A stretch of DNA of 64,000 bases, taken from contig OZ076409.1 in NCBI GenBank assembly GCA_964187785.1, positions 40,364,001 to 40,428,000 of the forward strand, written 5' to 3'. Below the pieces are notes generated by a model. That model worked only from the letters and a program-made list of their open reading frames with translations. It had not been told where the DNA came from and did no database searches. This document shows, in pieces, positions 24,101 to 36,100 of this stretch. This DNA is from Amphiscolops sp. MND2022 (taxonomy: Eukaryota). A program made the position numbers and the translations under genes. The stretch's first letter is position 1. Each line of letters begins with the position of its first letter.

Positions 24101-27100
24101 AGATACCCGCAGACCTGGGAGCGTAGCGTCCTTAGTGAATGTGGTTGCAGATGCAATGGAGCGTGCAGCAGGGATCCTTCGGGGTCGTCTGGGAGCGCTC
24201 GCGCTCTTCGCATCCCCGCCGGGATTCATGTATTGGCAACGAAGCTTGCAGCAATTTGTGTACATCCTGTCTGAAGTATGCAAAGCGCGCCGAATCGAGT
24301 TCGCTATTTGCGCGCCAAATCTGCGAGTTGATCGAGGAGACCTACGCCCAGATGCATTGTCATACCCCGCCTTCTTTGCTGCCGTGTCAAGAGTACTAAT
24401 CGCTGTGGAACGATCAGGAAATGCACAACTGACTATCGACGACGCCATACTGTTCGATCATGGAATGTGCATGGGGCGAATGGCCTTCGATTTGGACGGG
24501 AATCGCGTCATGCGAGCATCCAACATGAGTGAACGAGAAGCCGTCCGACGATACAACTGGCTGGTGCGGAAGGACAAAGAAATCCCCGTACGAGCAGAGC
24601 TGGCAGAGCTCGTGAAGGAAATTGAGACCTGGCCTGCCACACGCACGGTCGAAAGGACCATTCCCCAGATTCGGTTTGCCGCGGGAATAGAACCCGTCAA
24701 GTTGCCCGTGGGCATGAGGTACGTCGTGGCCATAGAGGCGACCAACTTGAAGGCTGAAGTAGATGCCGCCGGAATAACGTATGCCGAATGGTATCAGTCC
24801 AGATTCGTGGACAGGACCCTGGCAGAGGTAGCTCAAGAGCTTAACTGTCCCTTGGAAGCCTTTTGTACCAGTCTCGGACTAGGCTGGAACATCGACGTAA
24901 TAGCCTCTGAGTACTTGCTCACCAATGTGCAGACCGACAAATTGTTGGAAACCATCGGCGAAGCTACTGTGGGAGAGATGTTAGCGCTCGCGCTAGCCAT
25001 GGGCCCGACGAAGTTTGTGGCAGGTCCCCTTGCTATGTTAGTCGAGTTGGTAGTGTCTAGTGATCTAGTCACTTTCTACAGCTACCTGATCCTCGCGCAG
25101 GGACAATTACGCAGCCTAACTCGATGGGGTCACCTCCTAAATTCCAAGGACCAGCAAGACTATGTCGCCCAGCTAGAACGCATGCGTGCGTCCCTCCAAC
25201 ATTGGTTGTACTCCACCCTAGTGTTCGCCTCTGGCTTGTTCGTAGGCGTGGATCAATCGCAACCCCTTCACCATTCCGAGCGTCAACTCCCTGCGGAAAC
25301 GGCGGGATTCCCCATGCCCCAGCAAATCGCCGATTTGACTCTGGCCGAAGTGGAGGACTTCGTGGCCGTTATGGCTTCCGTCCTGGCTCCAATCTTCGGT
25401 GCGGTCGGTGTGTGCCGGTATCCCACCAAACCACTGGCGAGAACAGTACAGGTGCATATGGTCTCCTTCTGCACCTATCTCCAAGGACGGCCCCCACTGA
25501 CCTATCAGCGAATCGTGCAGGCTGTATTGAGTGGCGAGATGCCGCACGGGTACACCACCTTGAAGTCGGAGAAACAACTAGAAGAGAACTTGATGGGTCT
25601 GTTGCGTGCTCGTACACGAAAAGCGTGCCCCTTGCCACGAGAATACGGCCCAGTCAACTGGTACTCCGCACCACTCAGCCTGAATGGAGTCCCCTTTAGA
25701 TTCCCCTGGTCGCAGGAGTTCATACGCAAGGTGATCCGAGCCAGCATTAGTGCTGGTCCACCCGTAGATCCCCTGTACGCCTTCAAATGCATCACTTTCC
25801 CAAATCACTACTGGAAGGAGCCACTAGGATGGCCTAGGGCAAAACCCGTTGGTCGCGCCCCTGAAGCCTTCAATCGACAAATCCAGTATATGGAATTGAC
25901 TCAAATCCCAAACTGGATTGAAGGAGCAGCTCAGACTCGCCAGAGAAACCTGCAGAGCCGTGTGACTCCGTTCCCAAGAAAAGCTGCCTGGCGACCGCAA
26001 GCCAAGATGACGATGTCAGGGGATATGTCCATCGTCCAACATGATGAGGTTAATTCTGTGCTAGGCTCCGAAGCCCGCGCGGAGTGGGAAGGACATTGTT
26101 TGGAGCTGGAAATTGCCAGCTTCCCCAAATGGAAGCGAGCTTGCGAGCTCTGGAGTCAGCCCGGCTGGGTCTCCAAGCGGATATCCTTGGCCGTGGAGAG
26201 TAGAGCTGAACTCGAGAGACAACAGGCGTTCGCGCCTACCATGCTGGCACCCACAATGGCCATGTCGCTAAGTCAGCCCATCGACCGACCCGTGACTCTG
26301 GATTTACCCACTCATATCCTGCAGGCAGAGCCTGTGAGTCCACCATCGACACAAGCCAGCCCTCGGTCATCACAACCCCAGACCGGAGAACACGACGCTG
26401 AACTGACCCCCAACACTATCCTGGTGCAGCCAATCGCCGATTTGACGCTCCCAGAGGACCTGTCCGACTCGGAAACAGTAGTTACTGTGATTCCTGCTCA
26501 ACGCAGAGCGTCAGTTGCGTCGGAAGATGCCAGCAGTCCAGGAGCTCCCAATGATGCCATAAAGAATCGAGCTCGACGCAGCTCAGCCCAATAAACCCTG
26601 CCGCCAATGGGAGCGTTCGCGCTCCCTATAGACTCTAAACTCTACCAAAACTGTGCCTTCAAACTTATTGCTTTAGCCGGTGCTACCCCTACTTGGTGCA
26701 AATTTTTGTTCATAGTTATTACTTAGTTATTGTACTGTTAGTAATGCGCTGGGTGTACGGTCAATAGAGTGCACCTGCCCCAGCTGCTTCGCCTACAAAG
26801 TAAAAAAGAATCTATTACCAAAGAAAAACTATTATTTCTGTTGCGCACCGTTCGCGGTGTTTTTGAGTTGCCATGGTCTAGAAAAAAGTCTTAGCCTTTT
26901 AGTTACGATTTTTGCCGTTTTTTTTGTGTTTTGGTGCTCAAGCACCTTCTATCGACTGTCTAAGGAGTAGCCGATGCGGCGCGCTCCCAAAAGAAGTTTT
27001 ATGTTGTTCGAAATTAATCGAAAACTGTAAATGACAAGTTGCACGAAAAAGGAAATTTTAGCTGACCTTGGTCGCAAAAGAATTTTTAGCGAAAACTGCT

Positions 27101-30100
27101 TGCCCAAACGAGTTTTAACCGACTGAAAACCTTAGCTCTCGAGCTGGTGCTAAAACCTCGTTTGCACTTTTTGTAAAAATACCAGGCAGTAAAATTTTCT
27201 TTGAAAAAAACAGCGAAATTTGTCAAAAATAGTTACTGAAAAACAAGGACTCGTCCTTGTGCCCTGTGGTGTGGATGATGATCCCCAGCAGTCTCAGCGA
27301 TGCCGTTTCCAGACGAGGCCAGATGCCGCTTGCCAGGGACGACAAGCCAGAAGCCCGGGGAGTGATGTAACGGCAACTGCCCATGTCAAAATTTTCGAAG
27401 CAAAAATTCGTTCAAATCTGACGTGGCACTCAAACATGCTCCAGACGAAAGACCTGTCAAAAAAGCAGATCAGAAATCAGAAATCGCCCCCGCGAGCGAA
27501 GACGAGAAGAGAAGACGTAGAAAACAGTCCCTAGAACACGGTGAAGTGCTCATCTTTGGTCTTTGGCGTTTACACTACATAGGCAACGGAAACCGGTGTT
27601 CCAGATGCTCGCCTGAAGATCCTGCGGCGTCCTGTGCGGTGACGAGCGCTAGCGCTGGGAAGCCATGGTCAATTCATTCCTACTAAAAACTCAAACTTCT
27701 GATATTGTTGTGCTTGTTGTGCTTTCCTTGTTGTAGTAGATTGATATGCTCGAGAGCTGCCCATTTACATCTATGGTTACCCCTTTTTGATGTCGATTTT
27801 ATCAGATTCTCCAATACTATGGCTCTACATCCTCCCGTTTTCAGCCCCCTTTTTAAAGGCTAATTGAGCAGTGGTCTTGAGACATGCAAGATGCCCGTTA
27901 CTTTTAGCAATTACAGACTAGGACCAGGCCAGAGAGTTTCCAACAAGACGGTTCCCCCACCTTGGGACTGGCTCCTTCGGAGGGAAAATGAGCTAGGGCC
28001 GCGGAGATCTAAGTCCCAGATTACATTCGCTGTTCTAGTTCCTCCACTCTACGTTGCGGTTCAAGCGCCAGCGCTTATCGTTACAGTATTTTCCATGTTG
28101 TAGAAATTCAAATTAGCGGTTCATTCACAGAGCTGTCGTTTTATTATTTTATTTTGGTTAACACTTAGATGATGCCAACAAAGTTGAAGAGGATTATTCT
28201 TTCCACTAAGTTTTCAGCTGAAACTCAGACATTAAGAGTAATTGTCTGCAGATGCTACAATCAAAAGAGTTTCGTAGCCAATGAATAAACCGTGATTAGG
28301 TTATTCTGAGAGAAATTTTCTTCAAAAATATTTTTTGTAATTGATTGTAAAAGTCGATGATAGTAACTATGTTATGCAAAAGTTGCAGTTAGTTATCATT
28401 ATTTCTCTTAAATGTTATCTTCAGCATAACGTTCCTTCAGCTATCAGTTTTGTGAGACTAATCAAAGTTTGCCATTTTAGAGCCGCAAGACTTCGCCAGT
28501 GGTGTCGCGATTGGAACACCCACCAGCGATACAGCTACTTTCACGGGAGCCAGAGTTGCGGCTGGAACCGGAAAAGTTCAAGCAAGCGCCACTTCCACCA
28601 CTTCTGGATGTACTGACAAGCCGAGTCATATCGTGGATTCCTTCACTTTGAGCCAGACTGCGAGTTCGTTCCAAGTCAGTGGGTTGGTGCCTGGATGCCC
28701 TTACGCATTCACAGTACAACCTGTGTGTGTCAATACCGACAACTCGGTCGTGGCTTCGACCAATAGCTATACAGCTACTCGTTGTACTACACCATCTGAA
28801 CTTGATACCAATCCGATGACTCAAACTTTAACCAGTATTACTCTAACATCCGTTTCTGTGGTTTCTGGTGTATACTATGACCTTCTTGTTTCATACACTG
28901 CGGGATGCACTGGTGGAACAGCCTCCTCGGACGAAGCAGTGACGTCATACCCCAAAGAATTTACAAGTTTGAAGAGTGGGTGTCTCTACACATTCTCATT
29001 GACCCCACGCTGCAGTCTGGTTGAAAGCCCAACTCAGAGCTCTGATTACGTCACGGGGCCGGTGAAAACTGTCAAACAATGCACTAGTAAGGATATGTTT
29101 GTTCCCATTCATAGGCATACACAAGTTTGAAATGAATGAATGCTCCCATGAATTGCTGGACAAACGCACGTGCAGTTTGATACAAGTAATTACAGGTTCC
29201 TCAAGACCATAAATTCGACATATACACACCAATTTCACAGAAGTGTCCTGAGGATATTCATGGATTTGAATTTGAAAAATCGCAAGTGTTCACGTTATTC
29301 AGATGTGGTTAAAAAATGACTGGCATTGCTCGATGCTTGTCACGAGTTCACTCGAAAATGGATATCAAAAAATGTTGTTCCGAGCCAAAAATATCTTCAG
29401 GTTTGTAATAAAAACCGCTATACCTTTTTCTCACAATAGTAATGTTACTGTTACCATCAATTTGAACCGTCAAAGTGAACCTCTTAGTCAAGTTCGTAGT
29501 AGAACTGTTAAAGCTCTTCAGCGTTTCCCCGTATTTCATATCGGGTTTTCTATCTGTTTTCCCAATTTTTACAATTAATTTATGATTGAATACTTTTTTG
29601 TTTAAGAACCTGAAGCGCCAACTTTGGGATCTATTTCAAGCGTTGATACAAGCGCTTTCACGATTTCGTCAATAACAGTACCCTCAGACACCTACGCAAA
29701 CACTTATGACATCTCTGTGGCGTGTGGAGGTACTGAAAAAGATACTGAGAATGTCAACCATGGCACTACAAATGTTCAGATGACAAACCTTGTGCCCGGA
29801 TGCAAACATGCTATAACAACAACAGCCCAATGCAAGGATGGCAACACTGTTATGACTACCAGTGAGAGCACCGTTGTCAGCCAGTGCACAAGTTGGTGAA
29901 TATTACAATTATTTTTTTAGTTTTAAACAAACATAGTTGAAGAAAAATAAAGTTGAACTTTTCAAACTCATTCAAAATGTTCATTTTTTCAACTATTACT
30001 ACTGAACCAATTCAGAGGTTTTAATGACATCACCTGAATTAAGTAGCTTCTGAAACATTGAAAATCTTTGCTCCTGTTGATTTCTTTTCAACAATTATTG

Positions 30101-30141
30101 CTAATAATCGATCCTATTCTGTCGAGGGTTCGAGAGAGGGC

Positions 30142-30179
<38 letters not shown>

Positions 30180-33100
30180 TTTGATGATTGAATTATTGAA
30201 TTTTGTTAATAGGATGTTAATCTTTTCTTGTATTCCAGAGCCGCTTCCTCTCAGCAGTTTGACGCTGGTATCAGGAACAACTACAACGAACAGCATGACA
30301 CTGCTTCCCAATGCCCCGTTGCAACCAACCGGCGCGAACCCAGATTCAACGATCCACATCATTCCTAAGTGTGAGAACACGAATGCAGAGACTGAAAAGA
30401 GTGGATGCACAGTGGGCACCAACTGCGTCATCAGTGAGCTGAATACCCCAGGATGTCTTTACACCTTCGATGTCACCCTCAGATGCCAGGTCGAACAGCA
30501 AGCTGCAGTTGACAGCAATCTTGCAAGTTACCAGTTCTGCACCAGTAAGTTTATAACTTTTAGTTGGAGAACACCAGCCTGTCGAAAAAATAGTGGATGT
30601 TGTCATGTCTTTCCTGATTTTTTCATGTTCAGCTATGAATTTATTTACACTAAGAAAAAATAGAAAGCGGAAAATCGAGGATTCGATGATTCATAAACTG
30701 AATGTTCGCTTTTAGAGCCGGCAGATTTGGATGTTACGGACATACAGGTCTCCCAAACGGGCACTACCGTGACCTTCACGGGTGTCAAACTAACATCAGG
30801 TCGAGGAAAAGTTCAGGTCACTGCCATTTCTGATACTCCTAACTGTGTGAATAAGAACAGCTACATCTACTCTGGAGTCACAAACCTGGAAACTTCAGGA
30901 GACGGATCTACTGTCGTTGTTGATGGACTGACCCCTGGATGCCCATACACGATCACTTTGAAAGCTGCTTGTGAAAAAACTGCAAACGGCCAGACTACTG
31001 TTGTGACGTCAGATGGACTTCACACTCACACCACGTGCACAGCACCTGAAGCAATTGATGAGGCAGTTTTGGTAAATGCTGGTTTAACCAGCGTAAGTAT
31101 TTCATCAGTGACTCTAGCCAACTCAGGATCCTATGTCGACTTGTTGGTTTCGGCAACTGAAACCTGTTCAAGTGACACAGCGGTCACAGCAGTAGACGGT
31201 CAATCTGTGCCATCAGTCCCTCGAATTTTAACTGATCTGTTGTCGGGATGCCTCTACACTTTCAGCATCGCTCCTCGGTGCTCGTCTGACAGTGGCAACA
31301 CTTACACTACAGGAGCTTCTGTTTCAAAGAAAATGTGCACAAGTGAGAAATTTAAATGCTAATTAATTCAATCTAACAGAAGAGCAAAAACTCAGTGCAA
31401 AATTTTAGTTCGCGAAAAATTGCCTTCGAGCGTCATGCTCTAAGGTACCTCGGAGACTTCAAGAATGGCTTTATTTATAAGAAAACTCATGTTATGCCGA
31501 GAACTAATTGATGAAACAAAATGACGTTAGGACACAAAAAAACTTTTAGAAAAACTTCTGGTAATGAAGGCAATGACAAATGTCCGTTAATGATATCGTT
31601 AAAAATGAAATCGGTATCGTATAAACTTTCATTTTTATTGAAACTATAGCAAGAGCTCAAAACCATATATTCTAAGAACTCCAGACAGTGTGTAATTTTG
31701 AAGAATGCAACTCAAACTTTTCAGAGCCTCAGCCACCATTTCTGGGAGCAATTTCGAACATTCAGATCAACAGTTTCGACATTGAATCGTTCGGTGTGCC
31801 CGCTGACTCCTATGCAGGTCAATACAGCATTGTTGTAAAATGTGGAAATGACCAAAGATTCTCGAAGAATGACGCGACAACAGCATTGCTAACAGTGAAT
31901 AATCTCACACCAGGATGTGAGCACACCATCTCAGCTCAAGCTAAATGCCTCGATGGCACGACAGTCCAGGGAACAAGTGAAGATACCGTAATGAAACAGT
32001 GCACAAGTCAGTAGAACTACTCAACTATTTAGCCGTTGGCTTCCCATAACTCGAACGTACATGCCTTTTGAAATAGAGATCAAACACCATTGCACCGAAA
32101 TGACAATTTAAATGAAAATTATCGGGTGAAATATAATGAAAATGAAATATATAATATATAACATAATGAAATTTAAAAAATTGAAAAAAGTTCTACCGAA
32201 CAAATGATGTAAGCGTCGACAGCACCACAGTTGATTCTAGTTGTCCAAGCAACTTTCAAAATTACTTGGTTGTTTAAAAATAAATGTTTAACGACTGCCA
32301 TTGTGAATTCATTTTCAGTGAACCCGTGCTGACAACCCAGGGCAACTCACCGGTGGCCACCACAAAATGGGGTATTACTGGAAAAACCACAGGAATAAGA
32401 TCTAGAATTATCGAAAAACCACTGGAATAAGATCTAAAAGAAAACAGAATAAGATCTTTTTCAGCGAACAGATTAAGATCTCTACGGACTAAATATTTAC
32501 CTGATTGCCTCTCAAACCTGATTACCACAATGAAACAATTTGTCATGCTCAATTGCAAAATGCCCTGTCACAAAGATTTAAAATTAAGAAACACTTAAAA
32601 CATCCGATCATATCAATCCACTAAAAACGATAATTGCGTGTATAGATTATCAAGTAGTCTTTTGGAGGATTGGACTACATTCTCACATTTAATTGTGACC
32701 CACATCAGCTTGTGGCCGCCTGCGGTCATCTGGCTGAGTGAAACTATACTTGGATGTTTAAAATTGTAATTCTACTAGATTTACTACCGGAAGTTTACTG
32801 AATTTTCTATATTTTATAAAAAGAAATACCCTGCATACAATCCTGCAGCATGTAAAAAATTGCAGCAGTCTCGCCTAGTGTAAGCAGCAGAAATACCTCG
32901 TGGGAGTAAAGATCAAATCTAAGCAATCGAATGGAAGTTGGTCTTTTCAACGACGAGGGTTTGTGCAAATAACAACTGTAGCAGTGCTTTCATTTATATA
33001 TGGATTCTTTCGAAACTCGTTCTGTTTGCTTAGTTGACTTTCTTTAATTTTTTTGAGAGTCCCGATATAATATTTTTATCCCAGGCGTTTGAAACTTTTT

Positions 33101-36100
33101 AAAATAAAATATTAGGCGTTAGATACCATTCAATTAAAAGTTGCCTAGCTGCAAGCTCTACCTCTGTGGTCGACCGATGGTGTGGGGTTTATGCTTGGTC
33201 ACGAACCCGAGTACCAGCTCTTTGTCTTTTGTCTCTTGTTTGTCTCGAGTGTTTCACAGTTGATGTCAATATTAACCATTGGTTTTGTTTCAGAACCGAA
33301 TCAGCTCACTAGCTTCGCTATCGATGCCAAAACTCACAACACTATCACAGTGGGAAGCATCGAACCTGACGGTCTAACGAACACGTACACAGTAAAGATA
33401 GAAACAAGCGCGACAGATGATTCTTTCGTTCGTTATTTCTCAGATAACGCTCTCTCCGTGACTCAGATCATAATTCTTCAATTGACACCTGTGACCCCAT
33501 ATGACGTCACTGTGACTCCCTACTGCACCAGCACTACAGGAGGAAGCGCTGTGGCAGGAGAAGGAACGACGCAAACTAGAGTGATCACAAGTGAGTTTTT
33601 TTAATCTAATCATTTGGAGACCAAAATGTGCAGAAATAGAAAACAACCCCCGCTCGATAAAATGGTTGCAACTATGCACTCATAGGTTGCAAAAATGCAT
33701 CAAATTTAAAAGGTAGAACAACAATAGCAAATATTTATTAAAATCTATCGAAAATGTTTTGCAATTTAATAACCTCTATTTGACATGAAGAAGCGAACAA
33801 CAAAAACAAGAATTAAAGATCTATGCTTCCGAATTTAAAGCGTAAATTTTTCATCACATGCAATTTTTCTGAACGCCAGTTTGCTTCTACCAGTTTTCAA
33901 TTTCCCCTCTAAATTGGAATCAGCTCTCAAGTTTTTGTTTTGTACAGTTTGAAGGATTCTGTTTGAGGAACTGTGACTTTTTGGTTGCCAAATTCGAGTC
34001 TTCCAATTTTTTTGCTGGAATGTCACGAGGCTGAATTGAGAAATATCATGACTAGCTGCATTCTTGAATGATGTATCATAAAGTGGTCTACTGGTTATTC
34101 TACAGTGGCCAAAGACAATGTTATTAAGGCTAGTTTTGGACATTTTTGCAGTCAAGTGTACGTTTGCTCTTTTTGAGAACGAGGAAGCAAAAACTTAATT
34201 TGGAGTTCCTCGCAACATCTGGTACACTTACTTACCGAAAATCAATTAATAGTAACGATAAAAATTTCGGATTCAGCAGAAAAAAGTCAATATTCAGCAG
34301 AAATTGTACAAAATCCATGTTTATAAATTTTGAAGCTTGAAGCAATCTTTGTTCGGTGTTGTTAAAAAAATGCGAAATTAACTTCTTTCCTGTCAAAAAA
34401 TGTGACATTTGACCTTTTCTAAATTTGAATCCGTTTTTCTTGTCATCTATGATTTTTTTCGATGGATTTTCCTAATATAGATGTCTTGTTTTAGAACGTT
34501 TGAAGGGTCGAATATGACCACCAATTTCGAACTAGTTGCCTATTATTATCTTCGACCAATTCAAACAATTTGGCATGATGATGTATACTTCTTCACGATG
34601 GTGCACTCCCAGGACCATTTCTTGGAACAACTTTCGTTTCGCTAATATTGATAGCGGTGCACGTTTCGACGGAAACTATCGTTGATCAAATGCTACAATC
34701 TAGCTCATTTGGTTTTCTGAGGCCAAATTTTGTTGTATTTTCTCTGGTGATACAGTAAATTTTCTTCTTCTGAAAGAGGACCAAGGCAATTGTCTTTCTT
34801 CTTGTGCTAGAGTGATCAACCAGAGCAGTCTCAATTATAGTCGTATTTCGTGTGGAAGACCCATTGGTTAAGTTTGTAGACCCATTTCCAGACTGTTGGC
34901 GGCTAATATCTCCAGACCCAATCATTGTACTGGCATGATGAACATGTTTTTTCATGTTGGCCTCCCAGGTTTTTCTCGTAGAACAACGTTCATCCCGCTA
35001 ACGCTGCCTCTGGATGCAATTTTTGACGGAACAAAGTCGTTGATCGACGGCGACATTCTTGACATTTCAGCTTGTCTGCTTTTCTAAACCTATATCGTGT
35101 AGAGTAATGTTTTGTAGTGAAAAGTCTTCCCCTGAAAGATACCAAGGCAGTTGTCTATGTTCCTGTGGTCGAATGTTCAACCAGAGCAGGTTCCTTTAGT
35201 GTTCTATTTGTTGTGCAACCTTCGTCGGTTGAGTTTTAAATCGTGTATCCACCCTGTTAGCTATTAATACATCCGGAACCAATCAAGATACTGATATAAT
35301 GGGAAATTCCGTTTCGAGGTGCCCTCTCGGGGCCTTCTCGTAGAACTAATTTTAACTCGCAAATGTAGCATCTTCAGTGCATTTTTTGACAAAAGCTGGT
35401 CATTGAATAATTCAAACATTTATCCAATCTAGTTTTCTAATGCCTATGTTCGAGACTATTTGTGATGCCGATTTATATCTTTAAAAAAATTCAATAGATT
35501 ATTCATCGCAAGCGTTTGTGCTAAGCACCTTAGCGCATATGTTTTCAATTTAAAAAATGTGAACTGATAAAAAGACATCTTTTGTCAGTGTGTTTTTCTT
35601 TTTTCTTACAAGATTTGTATAGTTTTGAGAAAATGAGTTTCCACAAAGTTCAATAACAAAACGAAATATTGTACTCAGATGTAGAGAGATTGGTAGGTTT
35701 TTGAAAAGAGATAGACAGAAAAACATTTTCCAAATTTAAGAAATTCCGAACTATCTCTTAAAGTTTCTGGGTAATTGGCTCCGTTGGAGACTCAAGAAGA
35801 TGCCTTAGTATGTGTACTTTCTAATATGGTGAGCAAGATTCAGTTAACTTTTTTGTATCAATTTCAGGAGATTCAGAGCAATTAGGTTTTTTTGTAAAAA
35901 CTTTTGAGAGCGGCAAATGATTTCAAGCCTCGATACCCTTTTTACCAAGTGGCTTCTCTGTATACAATTTTTACCTCTGTCAACATTGTAAAACCTTCAT
36001 TTAAGAACACTTTTCAATTCATTTGCTCAAAAAGGATTTCCAGAACGATCAGTCCACTTTTAGCAGAAGCGAATCCTACTTGTCTCATTTGAATAAAATG

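Larger units (their letters stand above)
9179..28085 (+). mobile_element. Giant intact Ty3/Gypsy LTR retrotransposon (18,907 bp) with two long ORFs
   Basis: Two 720-bp TG...CA LTRs, PBS, PPT, Gag-PR-RT-RH-IN order in one ORF, plus a second 1426-aa ORF. Inserted in host intron 4. Confidence 0.97.

Noticed and set aside
12434..26128. Many short overlapping ORFs on both strands inside gag-pol and ORF2
   Set aside because: Shadow ORFs expected in GC-balanced coding DNA; no motifs.
22314..26594. Calling ORF2 a classical env
   Set aside because: No signal peptide, no evident furin site plus fusion peptide, and no single C-terminal TM anchor.
32319..32400. Possible extra host exon after ATTTTCAG
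   Set aside because: The phase-1 frame hits TGA within five codons and there is no FN3 or EGF pattern.
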